From Mytilus californianus (taxonomy: Eukaryota), in NCBI RefSeq assembly GCF_021869535.1, contig NW_026262723.1, positions 47,678,001 to 47,742,000 of the forward strand: a DNA stretch of 64,000 bases. The letters are read 5' to 3'. The notes beneath the pieces are model-generated. The model searched no databases. It was not told the DNA's origin and worked only from the letters and a program-made list of their open reading frames with translations. The stretch's first letter is position 1. The number at the start of each line of letters is the position of its first letter. The position numbers and the translations under genes were made by a program. Shown piece after piece: positions 1 to 12,665 of this stretch.

Positions 1-103
1 ATTACAATGGCATTATAGTAATACTAATTATAGTATCAATATTAGTAATTAAGATTTTTGAATACAATGAAACAAATGAATAAATACATAGATAATAGGA
101 TTT

Positions 104-136
104 CCTCTCTCTCTCTCTCTCACACTCTCTCTCTCT
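104..136. repeat. (CT)n microsatellite
   Basis: Direct reading. Confidence 0.9.
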
Positions 137-796
137 TTGAAGGATAGAGTAAAATCATCGTTATAGACATTGACATAAAGATGACAATGATGATGATATT
201 AAATAAACGTCGATTCCAAAGGGGAAACGAGAAACTTTAGCCAATATATACTGAAAAAGAAAAAAAATATGCTTGACATATTTAATCTATGTTACACTTC
301 ATAACTTACAGATGTAAAACATCAATGAAATAAAAAAAATATCCAATTTACATATTTATAAGGATTATCTATGTCCAATTCAGAATCATTACGTATGAAA
401 TTGGTTCTACTTCTAATACAATTAAATCGTTTATGTGAGTAGAATAATAACACATAAAACGTGGTGATAAGACGATTTATAATGAAAATACATGTTCCAA
501 AATTAGTCATGATAACATAGGCTACCTAGAAGATTTTACGGGTTTTAAGTCAATGTAAAATTTAAAAAAATTGTTTGATACGTAGAATTTTTATTATGAT
601 TAAATGTTTAATGAAGCTCTATCATGTTGTATATCTTTGTTTTTTCATGGTACAAAAAAAATGAGATGTACGATAGTCGGCAATGCGGAGACACCAAACC
701 AATATCCCAGGCAAAATTTCAATAATATAATTATAATTCCACTGTTTTAATGACTAACAGCCATTAATTCGGTAAAGTGTGAGATACATATCCCGT

Positions 797-863
797 CACA
801 GACAAAACCATATTATTATAGAACACAAGACAAAACCATATATTTATAGATCACAAGAAAAAC
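797..863. repeat. ~29 bp tandem repeat, about 2.3 copies
   Basis: CACAAGACAAAACCATAT..TTATAG repeated. Confidence 0.7.
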
Positions 864-1800
864 TGTCAGAACTAATCTTAATCATTATAACGGAAAATTT
901 TCCTTGTCATAAAACGTATCTTTACAATAACAATTAAAGGCCCTGTTGCTGCAACTTAAGTACATTCTTATGTAAGATGACGGAAAATCATCGCGCAAAG
1001 TTAACAAATGAAAACAAAATGATACCAATATCCTTATGTTACGTGTTTCTGTCGTTATCAGGTCAGATCGAAACCAAACCAAACCAAACCAAATAGATAT
1101 AAGAAATGTATGAACACCAAAACATAAGGGAATGCATGTAAACAAGCAAAAAGTCTAATAATCACTGACAACATTGTCTAATAAGTTGGAGCAGCCTGAA
1201 GGGAAAACAAATTCATAAATAGTCCTTATTTGTGCAGAAAAATACTCAGAGTAATGTAATTTTTCGTGTGTTTTTGGTTTCTGACTCATTGACATATATA
1301 CGGCTGATATCTTCTATAATTTTACATTAATAACTGCATGCAGTGCCACTTGTTTTAAATTATAATGTGTCGATTACCGCTGAAATCAATCGTATATCTA
1401 AAAATCCTGTCTATCACTATAGTAAATTCGGACCATACTAAATGTATACATGTCTGTTAATTGTATATGCTTTTGCAAACTATAATTTCTAGTCCACGGA
1501 CATTCCACTTAAAAAGGTACGTAAAAGATGGGAATTTGTATAGAATATATTCTTCTCTTTTGGCAAACGAAAATATTAATAACATGTGAGATAAGATAAA
1601 AAGGGGATAAAAAAAACATATATATCGAAGAGTGACAGACAACATCATGGTTAAAAGGAGAAAAGACAAAAAGAAAAACACAAGTCAAACCTACACACAT
1701 ACCAAGTTGTGCTTATTTTGTGCGTGATTTCCTCTCCTCATATTTGAAGTAGAGCATACAAGTATTAACATATCATTAAATTTATAAAAAAAGTACTTAC

Positions 1801-2166
1801 ATATGATACCATAGGAAGATTGAATGAAGAAGCTATCCTCCCTTCGTGTATACATGTTTCCTGAGGTCCAATATAAACAGAAATATTATATTTCAACAGT
1901 TCCACTGTTTGCCGAATACTTTCCTTTTCACTTCCATAAGTTTCTGCAGATATGAAAACTAGTTTATGATTTGGTAATATGGTCGAGTCTGAATTAATTT
2001 CGTCCAATGCAAAAGTTAAAGCACCTGATATAGATTGGCCAGGGCGTTGGTAGTATTTACCTAATTGTTCCGATCCCGTTAAATATCCTAAACGGATAAC
2101 GTTACTTCCAGAAGTAAATGTCACAAATCCATAACACATCACCACAAAACAAATAAAATTTATCAT
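1801..2166 (-). CDS. Gyc76C: First coding exon (122 codons) of a receptor-type guanylate cyclase, Gyc76C-like: signal peptide plus start of the ANF-receptor ligand-binding domain
   Basis: MINFICFVVMCYGFVTFTSG hydrophobic leader, then LGYLTGS..YQRPGQSISGALTFALDEIN..AETYGSEKESIRQT..YIGPQETCIHEGRIASSFNLPMVSY, which matches my recollection of Gyc76C-type receptors. Phase-0 donor TAT|GTAAGT at 1801/1800; in-frame stops TAA TGA upstream of the ATG. The next exon was not found in 1-1800. Confidence 0.85.
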
Positions 2167-2230
2167 TTTCGTTAACTTTCATTATCCATATATGCAATCA
2201 CAACAATATTTCTGTAGCTTCGTCTGAAAA
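2167..2230 (-). other. 5' UTR part of the same exon with its splice acceptor
   Basis: Minus strand reads TTTATATTTATTTTTCAG|ACG with AG at 2225-2224, implying a non-coding exon further right. Confidence 0.6.
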
Positions 2231-3570
2231 ATAAATATAAACTTATTCACGCCACATTCATGCATGCATATTGAGTAATTATCAAAGACGCAGAAAAATT
2301 TGCCGCCCCGATAATTTGTTTCTGTGGCGAATATAACTATAATGACTACTTTTAACGTCCTCTGAGAAAAGCAAACGAAGTCAGCATCACTGATGCAGGA
2401 GATTATATAGACTATCGAGTTAACGTGAACTTTGATTTTTCACAAATGGCAAATTAAATTACTATTTTTTCTCCAACAGAGGATAAAGTAAATGATCCGA
2501 AGTATTAGTTGTTTGATAACTTTGTTTTCTCATAGAAATTAATTAGCTGTTAAACTGTTATATCTGAAACGTTCAAAAATAGAAACAAAATTAAATAGAT
2601 TTGTTTTCATAAGTCACTTAACACACGGAGTGTAGATACAGTTTAATTAACTTTCCAGAGAACTTTCCTGGCTTTATCACTGAGAAATCACTGAGATATA
2701 TTTAAGCTCCCAGTATGCAGTTACATTTTCGATGTTGCTCTCCAAGACTTTGAAGATAAAAACTCGCAGCATAAAATTACCTCCTGTTAATTTTATTTCC
2801 TAGTAAGACTTAAAACTATCATTCATTGATAGCTTGTAATTAGTTGACAGTTCTAAAATCCCTCTCTTGTTGAAAATAGAGCTAAACTATGTTTTATATC
2901 GAAAGTAAATCAAACACCGACGGATTGTATCATATTAAGCATGTTACTGAATTTGAATATCATGACAATTATTCGGTTTTTATATGGAGGTATGAAAATG
3001 CGATGCATTACATCTTCGCGCATGACCATTTCATTTGCGCATAAAAAATCCTTAAGTTTGCAGCTTTAGAATACATTTGCGCGCATTCATTTTAAGGTAA
3101 ACACAGGTTATTTTACAAGTACCTTTTCCATTACTGTAAAAAGTCCCTTGCTCACCAACGAGCATGTGGTAGGGGGATTTTAAGCTGGATTATAGCACAA
3201 CAACCAGGGACAGACCCAGGCTCCTAGGGAAGGAAGGCGTTATAGTCCTTATTAGTAATTAGCAGTAAAACATCTTCCGAGCTGGCGTGGCAAATATTTA
3301 TGACGATTTTATGAAATTAAACATTGATATATTTTTCCGGTCAAAAACAGGTGGTGGGTAAGCCCCATGAATCTACCACTGACAATAAATCTTTACAAAT
3401 TTTATGCATCCATAGCGCTTATTGGATTATCCGTAACTATTGTTTGTCTTTGTAAAAATGGCGAGCGAAGCACATAAGGAATATTATGGGGCCAGAATAT
3501 TTATTTTAATGCGTTATAAGGCAAGATTATCTAATTTAAGTAAATGGGGACTAGAACATTTATTTCCAAA

Positions 3571-3745
3571 ATCTACCAGCACCTCCCTCATAATCAAATG
3601 GACGCCCCCTTATAATCTACCAGCACCTCCCTCATAATCAAATGGACGCCCCCTTATAATCTACCAGCACCTCCCTCATAATCAAATGGACGCCCTCTTA
3701 TAAACCACCAGCACCTCCCTCATAATCAAATGGACGCCCCCTTAT
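3571..3745. repeat. 44 bp minisatellite x4
   Basis: Unit ATCTACCAGCACCTCCCTCATAATCAAATGGACGCCCCCTTATA starts at 3571, 3615, 3659 and 3703. Confidence 0.95.
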
Positions 3746-3904
3746 TGAAAGTTGCTTCGATCCAAAAGAAATGCCGTCTTTGTCCTAATAGAATAGAAAT
3801 AATTCATTGGGACTTGATTGTATATTGATTTTACCACGGGTTGGCCCTTAATGCCGATACTAGTGCATTTCGTGTACCAGGAATTTACAATCAGAATGAA
3901 ACAA

Positions 3905-4040
3905 GGTTTGTCAGTCTTTAGTTTTCCTTGTTCTGTTTTGTATATGGGTTTTTTTTTGTCTTTTTGTCTTTTTTGTTTTTTTTAGCATGGCATTGTCAGT
4001 CTATTTTCGACTTGTGAGGTTGGTATCATATGCCTCTCTA
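3905..4040 (+). mobile_element. 3' tip of PLE family A
   Basis: TTAGCATGGCATTGTCAGTCTATTTTCGACTTGTGAG matches the 3' end of the copy at 31742-32172. Confidence 0.65.
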
Positions 4041-4118
4041 TCGCAAATAATTGTGTATTTGCACTAGTACCAGAGATTCCACAGAAAGAAACTACTCTTA
4101 TAACTGCACGAGTAAATG

Positions 4119-4413
4119 TATATATTTGTGTCTGTCCCAAGTCAGGAGCCTGTATGTCAGTGCTTGTCGTTTGTTGCTATATATCACATTTGGTTTTTTT
4201 TTCTTTTTCGTTTATTGTTTTGTACATAAATCCGGTCGTTTGTTTTCTCGTTTGAATTGTTTTACATTTGTCATTTTTGTAGCTTAATATGCGGTATGGG
4301 TTTTGTTGAAGGCCGTATGGTGACCAAAAGTTGTTAACTTCTACGTCATTTGGACTCTGATGGAGAGTTGTCTTTTAAAATGGAAATCATACCACATCTT
4401 CTTGTTTTTTTAT
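4119..4413 (+). mobile_element. Family B short repeat, 5'-truncated inside its twister-like motif
   Basis: CTGTCCCAAGTCAGGAGCCTG ... GAAGGCCGTATGGTGACC ... GGAGAGTTGTC ... CATACCACATCTTC, shared with 48149-48435. Confidence 0.8.
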
Positions 4414-5214
4414 ATAAAATATCAAATCTTAACACAAAACGGTGAAACTATTAGCAACTGTTAGACATGGTGCAATTCTAATTGTAATTGAAGTTGTAAA
4501 TGTAACAATGTTTTTGATGGATTAATGATCACTTAGAATGAAAGCAAATCATATTGTGGTTTTAGTAAGCATGTTTAACTCTTCTTTGAATAACGTAATA
4601 GTATGAATAAAGCTTAAGTTATGCAATTTGTTGATGTTAGCTTGAAATAAAAGTAAACTTTATAGCATATGTACATTGTAGGTCTGGAGGAATTTATTAT
4701 TATGATTGAAGTTTGCAGTTGCGTTTTACAAGTGCTCATATCTTTAAACAACCTGTTGTTCGTTTGCTGAAAGTTGCTTGTTTTGAGGTGAAACTTGAAT
4801 GAGAAACATTATGGAAGCACTACGGCTAATCTCCTGTTTTTGTTTTTTTTTTTGGTGTGTGGAGTTTGTGTTGCTCAATCATAAGACTTCTATGTAGTGT
4901 TTAATTGATAGTTATTTTTTATTTGTATTGTCGTCTTATATCACTTGGTCGTGGTGGTTTTTTTTCCTTTAACATGTTATTTTTAATTTGCCTGTTGGTA
5001 TTTTTTTTCGCATCTTGTGTAACAGGTTAAAATTCCATATTTTGATTGGCTAATACAAGGGTGTTAATTTACTCTATTACCCTTCATGGAGACGCTTGAT
5101 CAAGTGTGCGCTTTAATAAATACGGATGGTTGTTATGTACAAGACGTCATAGTTTATTACTTTGAATTTGAAATTTAATCGACAGTAATAACAGAACATT
5201 CAGTATAATAAATA

Positions 5215-5353
5215 AAATAACACATATCTGAGAGGGTGATAGAGCAGATTGTTACCCCTCGAAAAGACATCGTCAACCTTGGTTTCGCCTCAACTGATAA
5301 TGTTTCCTCGGGGTAACAATCTGCTCTATCACCCTCTCAGCTATGTGTTATTT
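5215..5353. mobile_element. Hairpin MITE
   Basis: ~44 bp near-perfect terminal inverted repeats AAATAACACATATCTGAGAGGGTGATAGAGCAGATTGTTACCCC / GGGGTAACAATCTGCTCTATCACCCTCTCAGCTATGTGTTATTT. Confidence 0.8.
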
Positions 5354-5574
5354 ATATAATGGTTAAGATACCATGGAGCACTACTCTTTAAATTAGTTTT
5401 TAAATCGATGTTGTTTTTTTAATGAGAACATGATTTTAAAATTTTACATTCAATGTTCATAAATCTTTATTTCGAAAAAAAAAAATACAGAAAAAATAGC
5501 CAAAAACTAGAAACCTATTTTCACTACTACAAAACAAAAAAAAACAAACAACACTATAAAGCTTATTATAACGT

Positions 5575-5968
5575 ATAGGTTTTGTTTATTGTTGAAGGTC
5601 GTACGGTGACCTATATAATTGTTACATCCACATCATCTAGTTTCTGGTATATATTTGTTTCATTAGAAACCACGGGGCCTCGGTGGCCGAGTGGTCTAAG
5701 TAGTTACTACTGTAATCACTAGCCAGTCAACACTGAGATTGTGATTTCGAACCAAGCTCGTGAGGGTGTACTCGACTCCAATCTTAATTGACTAGGATTG
5801 TCAGTTTCCCTATCGAAGGTCGGTGGTTTTCTCCGGGCACTCCGGCTTCCTCCACCAATAAAAACTGGCCGCCACGAAATAGCCCAAAAGCGGTGCTTAA
5901 AAGTGGCGTTAAAACACCAAAAATCAAAATCAAAATCATTAGAAACCATACCACATCTCCTTTTTTTC
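5575..5968 (+). mobile_element. Family B 3' fragment interrupted by a SINE
   Basis: GAAGGTCGTACGGTGACCTATA ... CATTAGAAACCA [SINE] TACCACATCTCC. Confidence 0.7.
5673..5935 (+). mobile_element. Full-length tRNA-derived SINE with 13 bp TSD
   Basis: A-box-like TGGCCGAGTGG, B-box-like TTCGAACC, central GGTTTTCTCCGGGCACTCCGGCTTCCTCC domain (V/Meta type, inferred), (AAAATC)n tail; TSD TCATTAGAAACCA at 5660-5672 and 5936-5948. Confidence 0.9.
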
Positions 5969-6554
5969 AAGTCATTTGTTTTTTGTTTTCTATAAAGGAA
6001 AACTCAAAATGACAGACAATTAAAATATATATGTGAACCACTGTAACATCGAAGACAACCTTCATACGAACATAACGGATATATTACTTCGATAACAATG
6101 AAGTCCTGCTAATATAATACATGATATCCCACAATCGAAGGAAATTGATAGGCAATATACGTTTCATTCATGATGTTTAAAATGACAACTTAAGTAGTAG
6201 TTATAAGAGACTGGGACACTAAATACTAAATTAGGGTAGAAAAAACTGCTTTGGTTCGTGCGATGAAATAATGTAGCGAAAGCATAATGGTGCCAGAAAT
6301 CGAGTAGTTTAGATTTATCTACATAAAACTTGATTGCTTGACGTTAGAGGAAAGATTACAGTAACTTTATTTAAGGCTCTTAAAAAACAAAAAGGAATTT
6401 GTAGGACATTCACACTGAAATGAATTTCCTAAAGATTATTTCAGCACGCTATTCCATCTTCATATATATTTTTATTAATGAAAGAACTTACAGAACTTTC
6501 TTGAACCAGATTTTATAATGCTTGTCTCTTACGAAGTTCGTTAATCTAAGATTG

Positions 6555-7087
6555 AAAAGCGAGTCGAAAGATACCAAAGGGACATTCAAACTCATAAATC
6601 CAAAATAAACTGACAACACCAGGGCTAAAAAAGAAAAAAAGACAAACAGACAAACAATAGTACACAAAACACAATATACAAAACTAAAGACTGAGCAACA
6701 CGAATCCCACCAAAAACTGGGGTTGAACTCAGGTGCTCTGGAAGGGTGAGCAGATCCTGCTCCACATATGGCACCCGTCGTGTTGCTCATCTTAGTACAA
6801 ATCCGTTGATAAGTCTAATTCGGTAGGTCACATTCGGGGAAAGGGGACGGGATTGTTGTTACGACAACTGGAACACATCCGTTGTCATGTGTGAAACGGA
6901 TATTCCATAACGGTCAACCAACTCGTGATGGCGTCCGTACAATTTACGGAGGAACGATTTCAACTTCACCACTTGGAACTCTTGGTTTAATAGCTTCCTT
7001 GTGAGCAGCAACCAACACTCTATCAAGGAAATCATGATAGGAAATACAAGCCTTGGAATATCGTATCAACTTGGAGATATACACTCC
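6555..7087 (-). mobile_element. 5'-truncated Penelope-like element, family A (RT C-terminus plus 3' UTR)
   Basis: Frameshifted YISxLIRYSxACISYHDFLDR...KFYGRHHELVDRYGI; collinear with 51605-52136. Confidence 0.85.
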
Positions 7088-7514
7088 GTTTTTTTTTTGT
7101 GTTGACTGAAGCATATTTTGTATGAAGCGCTCAAAACGAAAACTATGCGCCCTATGAAATTATAAAAGAAACAAAGTTGATCATAGTTTACTTTTTCAAA
7201 TTGTAAGCTAGTGTTGCAATACTTAATAAAACAGTTTTAAAAAAAAAGTTATTTAGGTTATACTTTGATATCTTAAGTTAATATTAAGAGGTTTTTTTTT
7301 GTTTACACAAACATTTTAGCTTATTAAATATTTTTGAGCCTCCCTGGTGGAGGCTCCCTATATTTTAAGTTAAGTGGACACAGAAACTATTATCATTTAT
7401 TCTTTCATTTCTATTTAAAACAGCTTGATGGTGATATTTCAATAAACAGACGTTTCAAGAGAAAAAGAAGGGATTTAGTTATCAATTGCAAATCACGTAT
7501 ATTGCCTCAGTTAA

Positions 7515-7578
7515 TGCCCCTTTAATGAGTCTTTTGTAGACGAAACGCGCGTTTAGCGTATACAAGTTTAATCCTTGT
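7515..7578 (+). mobile_element. Retrozyme fragment with a mutated hammerhead core
   Basis: TTAATGA-GTC-TTTTGTA-GAC-GAAA-CGCGC-GTT; the CTGATGA core has two substitutions. Confidence 0.75.
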
Positions 7579-8391
7579 ATCTATGGTGAATTTCTTTAAG
7601 AGTCTATTGACGGACAAGGCTGATATTAACTGATCCAATTTTGAGCAGTTATACTTAAAGATACACTTAATTTTTCAAACTATGTATTTAGCACTAAGAC
7701 TGAGATTGATTCTCCATAAAGCCAAAGTTGATCTTTCCTGTGTAGGCTGTTCTATTTAGTTCACACTCTCGTTTTAAAGATATACATCTAGCTAGCATTA
7801 CTATATGTTCTCCAAAATAATACGGCGTTTCAAACCTTTATTACAGTCAACTATACACTGCCTTTGACATCAGATAACCTAACTAATTAACTTAAATAAC
7901 ACATCTGTACAATTCAAAACATTCGAAAAGTAAACTTAAATAGTGCCATCACAACACGAATTCCAAGACAATAAACAGTGATATTACCTGCCACTGACGA
8001 ATAACATTGGAAATCTTTTGATAGATGATGTATAACAGTAGGGTAGATTTTAGTCCGTCTACTTGTTTCATAAAATACACCCGCGTTAATTGTCTGCGTA
8101 AAAAGGAAGTCTTTGAAATACTTATTTGAAACACAGTTGAGAAAATGGACATTAAACTGTAAGGAGGTGTCTTAGAAGTAACTATAATTTGAAATAGTTT
8201 GTCAGAAGTGTATCAGGAATGTTGGTTTCTAAAGCCGTCTGCGAAATATAGGGGTCAATGGGCAAAACACTCTTATAAATTATCTAGGGAACACCCCAAA
8301 ATTAAGGAATATTTGAAAATGAACATCTTTAAGAACAGATGTCTTCAATTATTTTTGAAAGTTTAAGTGACAGGTTAGATCTGAGGTTTCG

Positions 8392-9730
8392 TTTTTTACT
8401 CACTTGCAATGGCCAAAAGAGCTAAGTGAGCTTATCTCATCACTTAGCGGCCGACGTCGTCCGTTGCCGTCGTTATCCGTTAACCAAAATCTTCTTCTCA
8501 GAAATTGCTGAGCCAAATTTAACCAAACTTGGCCACAATCATCATTAGGGTATCTCATTTAAAAAGGTTTTCGATGAATCCGCTTGCTAATCAACATTGC
8601 TGACATGGCTAAAATAGAACATAGGGGTAAAATACAAGTTTTGTCTTTATCATAAAAAACGCTATAAATATAGAAAATCTGACCGAAACAGAAATGTTAA
8701 GAATCTTGATATCTATCTACTGTGCATTCACATAAAAACTGTCAGAAGACTTCTATTTAGAAGTTATTGCCCTTAAATGACGATATTTACCGTTTTCTTT
8801 CTTTTATGTTTGCCCATTATCTTGAAAAATATAATACTAAAGTAGATAGATAGAAACTTTGTATAGCAAAAATTATCAACAAAACAAGATCTTCAAATAA
8901 GTCACTGTTTGCCGAAATTGTTTATTTACTTTTAAATTAAATGTAATGTTTATTGATCCCTATGGTTACAAATAAGAAGAATTTTATTGTAGGAGTACAT
9001 GTTTTACGCTGGAGGAAGCGTTGTATAGATTCAGACGTTTCGCGGGAAAGTTAGTGATCGGGTCGAAGGTTATAGGGATGCTCGTGTGGGATTCTCTATG
9101 TTCCCTTAGGGGAACATTTGGAGAACAAAACTATCAAGGAATTAATGTAGTCGACCACGGGTATACAAGTGGATGAGAAACCCAACTCTAGGCTGTCAGA
9201 TGAGCTGCCAAAGAGCTGTTAAATTTCGGTCAATGTTCCTATATAGAAGAAGACCAGTAAACCAACAGAGTTACGTGGTATATATATTAGTTGCGTACGA
9301 GTAATAATATTAAAAGGACACTTTGTACCGGGTACAAAGTAAATGTAAAAGTTGATCGAATTTACAGAGCAGACTGTCCCACTCGGAGGACAGACTATAA
9401 GATTGTATAATACTTTTATATATTATTGTTCATTGTTACTTTATATAAACAAAGAGTCCGTGTGTATATTTTAGTTCATTCATTGTGCATAACATAGATA
9501 GATAGTTATAGATTTTTGGTATTGCCGTATTGTTTGTGGACAGCTTGAATCCAAGAATTTACTGGAACGTTCGTTTAAGACATTAACGCCTTACTGGTTA
9601 CAAGTTACACTTTTTACAGAAGTGATTGCCCTTAAATGATAATTTTTTACCCTTTTTTATGTTTTGGACAAAGACTAAAGAAGATAGAGAGAAATTGGAC
9701 ATAGAAAAAAATTATCAGCACTACAAGACC
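8392..9730 (+). mobile_element. Helentron-type non-autonomous element (CvA/pearl-like), interrupted at about 8942-9602
   Basis: T-run, subterminal inverted repeat ACTCACTT..AAGTGAG, (GTC)-type microsatellite, then core repeats ..TTATTGCCCTTAAATGA..; reverse-oriented relative at 30226-31624. Confidence 0.6.
8942..9602. mobile_element. Possible solo LTR
   Basis: Ends TGTAA...TTACA and interrupts the Helentron-type element; no clear TSD. Confidence 0.35.
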
Positions 9731-9756
9731 AACAACAAAAAAAAAGGTTGTGATAT

Positions 9757-9960
9757 ACTCTTTGTCGATATAAAGTAAATAATGAACAATAATATATAAA
9801 AGTATTATACAATCTTATAGTCTGTCCTCCAGATGGGACGGTCTGTCACTACAAGACAGTGCGGGCTGGTACAGCTTGTCCTCCGAGTGGGAAAGTCTGT
9901 CACTACCAGACAGTGCGGGCTGGTACAACCTGTCCTCCGAGTACAAAGTGTCATTTCAAT
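9757..9960. repeat. Inverted copy of 9371-9457 extended by a 54 bp tandem repeat
   Basis: 9757-9844 is the reverse complement of 9371-9457 at about 90% identity; GTCCTCC recurs at 9824, 9878 and 9932. Confidence 0.85.
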
Positions 9961-10789
9961 TGAGTGTCCACAATGTTCGAAAGTATCCGTTGTTGAAGAT
10001 TAACATAGACCTAGGTGAGCGACAAATATTCTTCAGGGCCTCTAGTTTTATGACATTGTCGGATAAAAGTCTGATGAAACTGTATTAAAATGATAAATGA
10101 CAGCTTTATTGTTCTGCTTCGTGTAAAGTATATTAAAATTATTATTGTTAATTTCCTCATGTCAGAAACGATAGACTGAAGCGTATATAACTTGCGTCGT
10201 TCACTTGTCAAATTTCGATCAGTCTATAATACAGGCTGCCTCTTCCTGAAAAATTCAGTGGTACGACATGTTTTTAATCACATATAATGTACTGTATATA
10301 ATGTGATAGATGTTGATACCGCTATATACTCTAAAACTGGAAGTGAAAACCTTGAAAATGAAGACCTGTTTTTTGTAACAAATAGAATAGACAGAAACAA
10401 ATGTACTATACGGAAACACATATGTTCATATACATATATCATGTATATACTGACAATTTCGGGAAAAATCTCTTAAAATTATTATTTGAAACAATGGTTT
10501 ATTGACTATTACACTGCTGGTCTTTTAAATACGACCATTTTGTAAAAAAGCTCGATGTCGATCCAGTTGTTACAGCGGTCCTAGTATTTAACCTGTACGA
10601 CAGTCATTTAAAAGTAATATGTTAAATATCAGACAAATCATTTAATGCAAATAACATTTCAATCTGTATGAGCAAATTAAGTAAATAAATAAATAAACGA
10701 TTGAATCAAGTCGTGAACCAATATTTTCAAAATGACATAACTTTTTTTACAAAAAAAAAGCTATGGAAAAGCATGTATTCTACAAACTC

Positions 10790-10818
<29 letters not shown>
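10790..10818. repeat. (AC)n microsatellite
   Basis: Direct reading. Confidence 0.95.
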
Positions 10819-10820
<2 letters not shown>

Positions 10821-12199
10821 ATACAATGGTACCTGATCAGATTTATAAGAGCATCTTATTTTCACTGTCAACTCAACGATTCACTTCCATGTTTTCAAAA
10901 GTACAAAAAGAAATGCTACTTTTTGATTAATATTACATTATTAGTGTCAATGAAATGTATAAAAAATCAAGCTGTTTGTCGATTATTCGGTTGAATGTGA
11001 CAAATTACTTCTATAATATTGAACTCTTTTGTGACCTTGCTATAGAAAAGTCAGACAGACGTAATAAAGGTCATTCTAGGTTTTAATATTGTTATAAATC
11101 CTAATGTCATTGTATTGCTATGTTTAACTTACCAACCATACAGTGATGTACACATGTGTATAAAGATACAGTACTTTTCAAAAGAAAAAAAAAAAAGAGC
11201 ATTCCTTTGCACACTCGATTTACATTTTACGTTTAATGAAAATACGTAAGACCTAAACTTGAAAAAAGAGTTCCAGGATTTATCATTATGACTAAAATGT
11301 GACAATTCACATCAATCTAGATAGAATAAATTATGAGTAGAAAAAAAAATTTTCCTTGCATTTTAAAAAATTATTTAAAAAGAAATCTACAAATAAACAT
11401 TTAGGGACTGATCATTTGTAACCTGAAAAAGGGGGGAGGGGTGGGGGGGTTGGAGGAAAATAAGGGGGGCCTTGACAATTTTTTGGAATGGAAATTTCAA
11501 ATTTTCAATACTTCAGATGGGGGGGCATCGAAAATGTTTTTACTATATTTGAGAAGCTATGTATTTCAAACATGCAAAAACGATAGCTAATTTGAAGAAT
11601 ACTCTAAATCAGTACCTGCTTATTCATGATAGTTTGTCTAACACTTGATTCAGATGTCATATATATATTTATTGTGTCTTAATTTTTGGCTTCAAACTTC
11701 ATTTCAATGTTTTATTCGTGTGAGTCATCACCATCTTCTGTTTGTTTGTTGGACATGAAGAAAGACACTAATAGGGAATAAAAATTTGATGTTTTTGCAA
11801 GTTTTCTAGAAGGGTTTCTTAATATTTCATCCCTTTCCATATAATAAAAACACTAATAATATTAATAATGGTTTCTTACATGATTAATCGTAAAACTCAT
11901 CATTGAGCATATATTTCAATGATTCAAGATGATATCTAGGAGCCAAGTGTGGAATTTTTAATATGTCTTTATATGAATAATTTTTCGTCATGACATGGAG
12001 AAGTGGATTAATAAAAAAAATTGACAGGAAAATTAAGACATTGTTAAGATAAAATTCCCAAGGTTCAACATTCAAGGACCGTATAAAGAATAATTTTCTA
12101 ACTTCTTAACAAAAAAAAAATAGGAACAATGTGCTGAAATTGAGTGAAGGTGTGATAAATGTCAGTGAGACCATAACGGGCATATCTAAATAAAATTTC

Positions 12200-12665
12200 T
12201 ACATGTGCCTGTCCCAAGTCAGGAGCCTATTATTGAGTGGTTGTTGTTTATTGCTGTTTCTCATATTTGTATTAAGTTTATTGTCTTGTATAGTTTGTTC
12301 TTGTGTTGTGCTGTTGCACCATTGTCCCAGTTTAGGAGAGAGTTGGCGGCTTCAAACATGTTTAGCCTCGCCACATTCTTTATGTGCCTGTCCCAAGTTA
12401 AGAGCCTGTAGTTCAGTGGTTGTCGATGGTTCATGTCTGTCATATTAGTTTTTCGTTAATTTTTTTTTTATTATAAAATAGGCCGTTAGTTTTCTCAATT
12501 GATTATTTCACATCTTTTTTTTTATATCAGGCTGTTTTATAGCCAACTTTATGGTATTGGTTTTTCTCGTTGTTGAAGGCCGTACTGTTGTCTATTATAA
12601 TTGCTTACATCCACTTCATTTGAAATTTGGTGGATAGGTTTCTAATTGGCAATCATACATACTAC
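12200..12665 (+). mobile_element. Family B repeat: partial unit followed by a second unit, twister motif degenerate
   Basis: GTGCCTGTCCCAAGT at ~12204 and ~12384; the second motif has GAGAG, TAG and a broken P4. Confidence 0.8.

Noticed and set aside
978-1061. Plus-strand ATG..MIPISLCYVFLSLS-G|GT as a nested signal-peptide exon
   Set aside because: Short, weak donor, no partner exon; expected by chance in AT-rich DNA.
1-1800. Second coding exon of the guanylate cyclase
   Set aside because: No phase-0 exon with the expected C..SDK..FPTFART motif; it probably lies left of the window.
3571-3745. CRISPR-like array (also 9824-9940 and 52540-52740)
   Set aside because: Head-to-tail units with no unique spacers, eukaryotic context and no cas genes.
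5719-6012. ORFs overlapping the SINE (also 16143-16475) and family A/B/F UTR ORFs such as 6488-6790, 31949-32214 and 48003-48566
   Set aside because: They are translations of non-coding repeat sequence; the same peptides recur wherever the repeat recurs.
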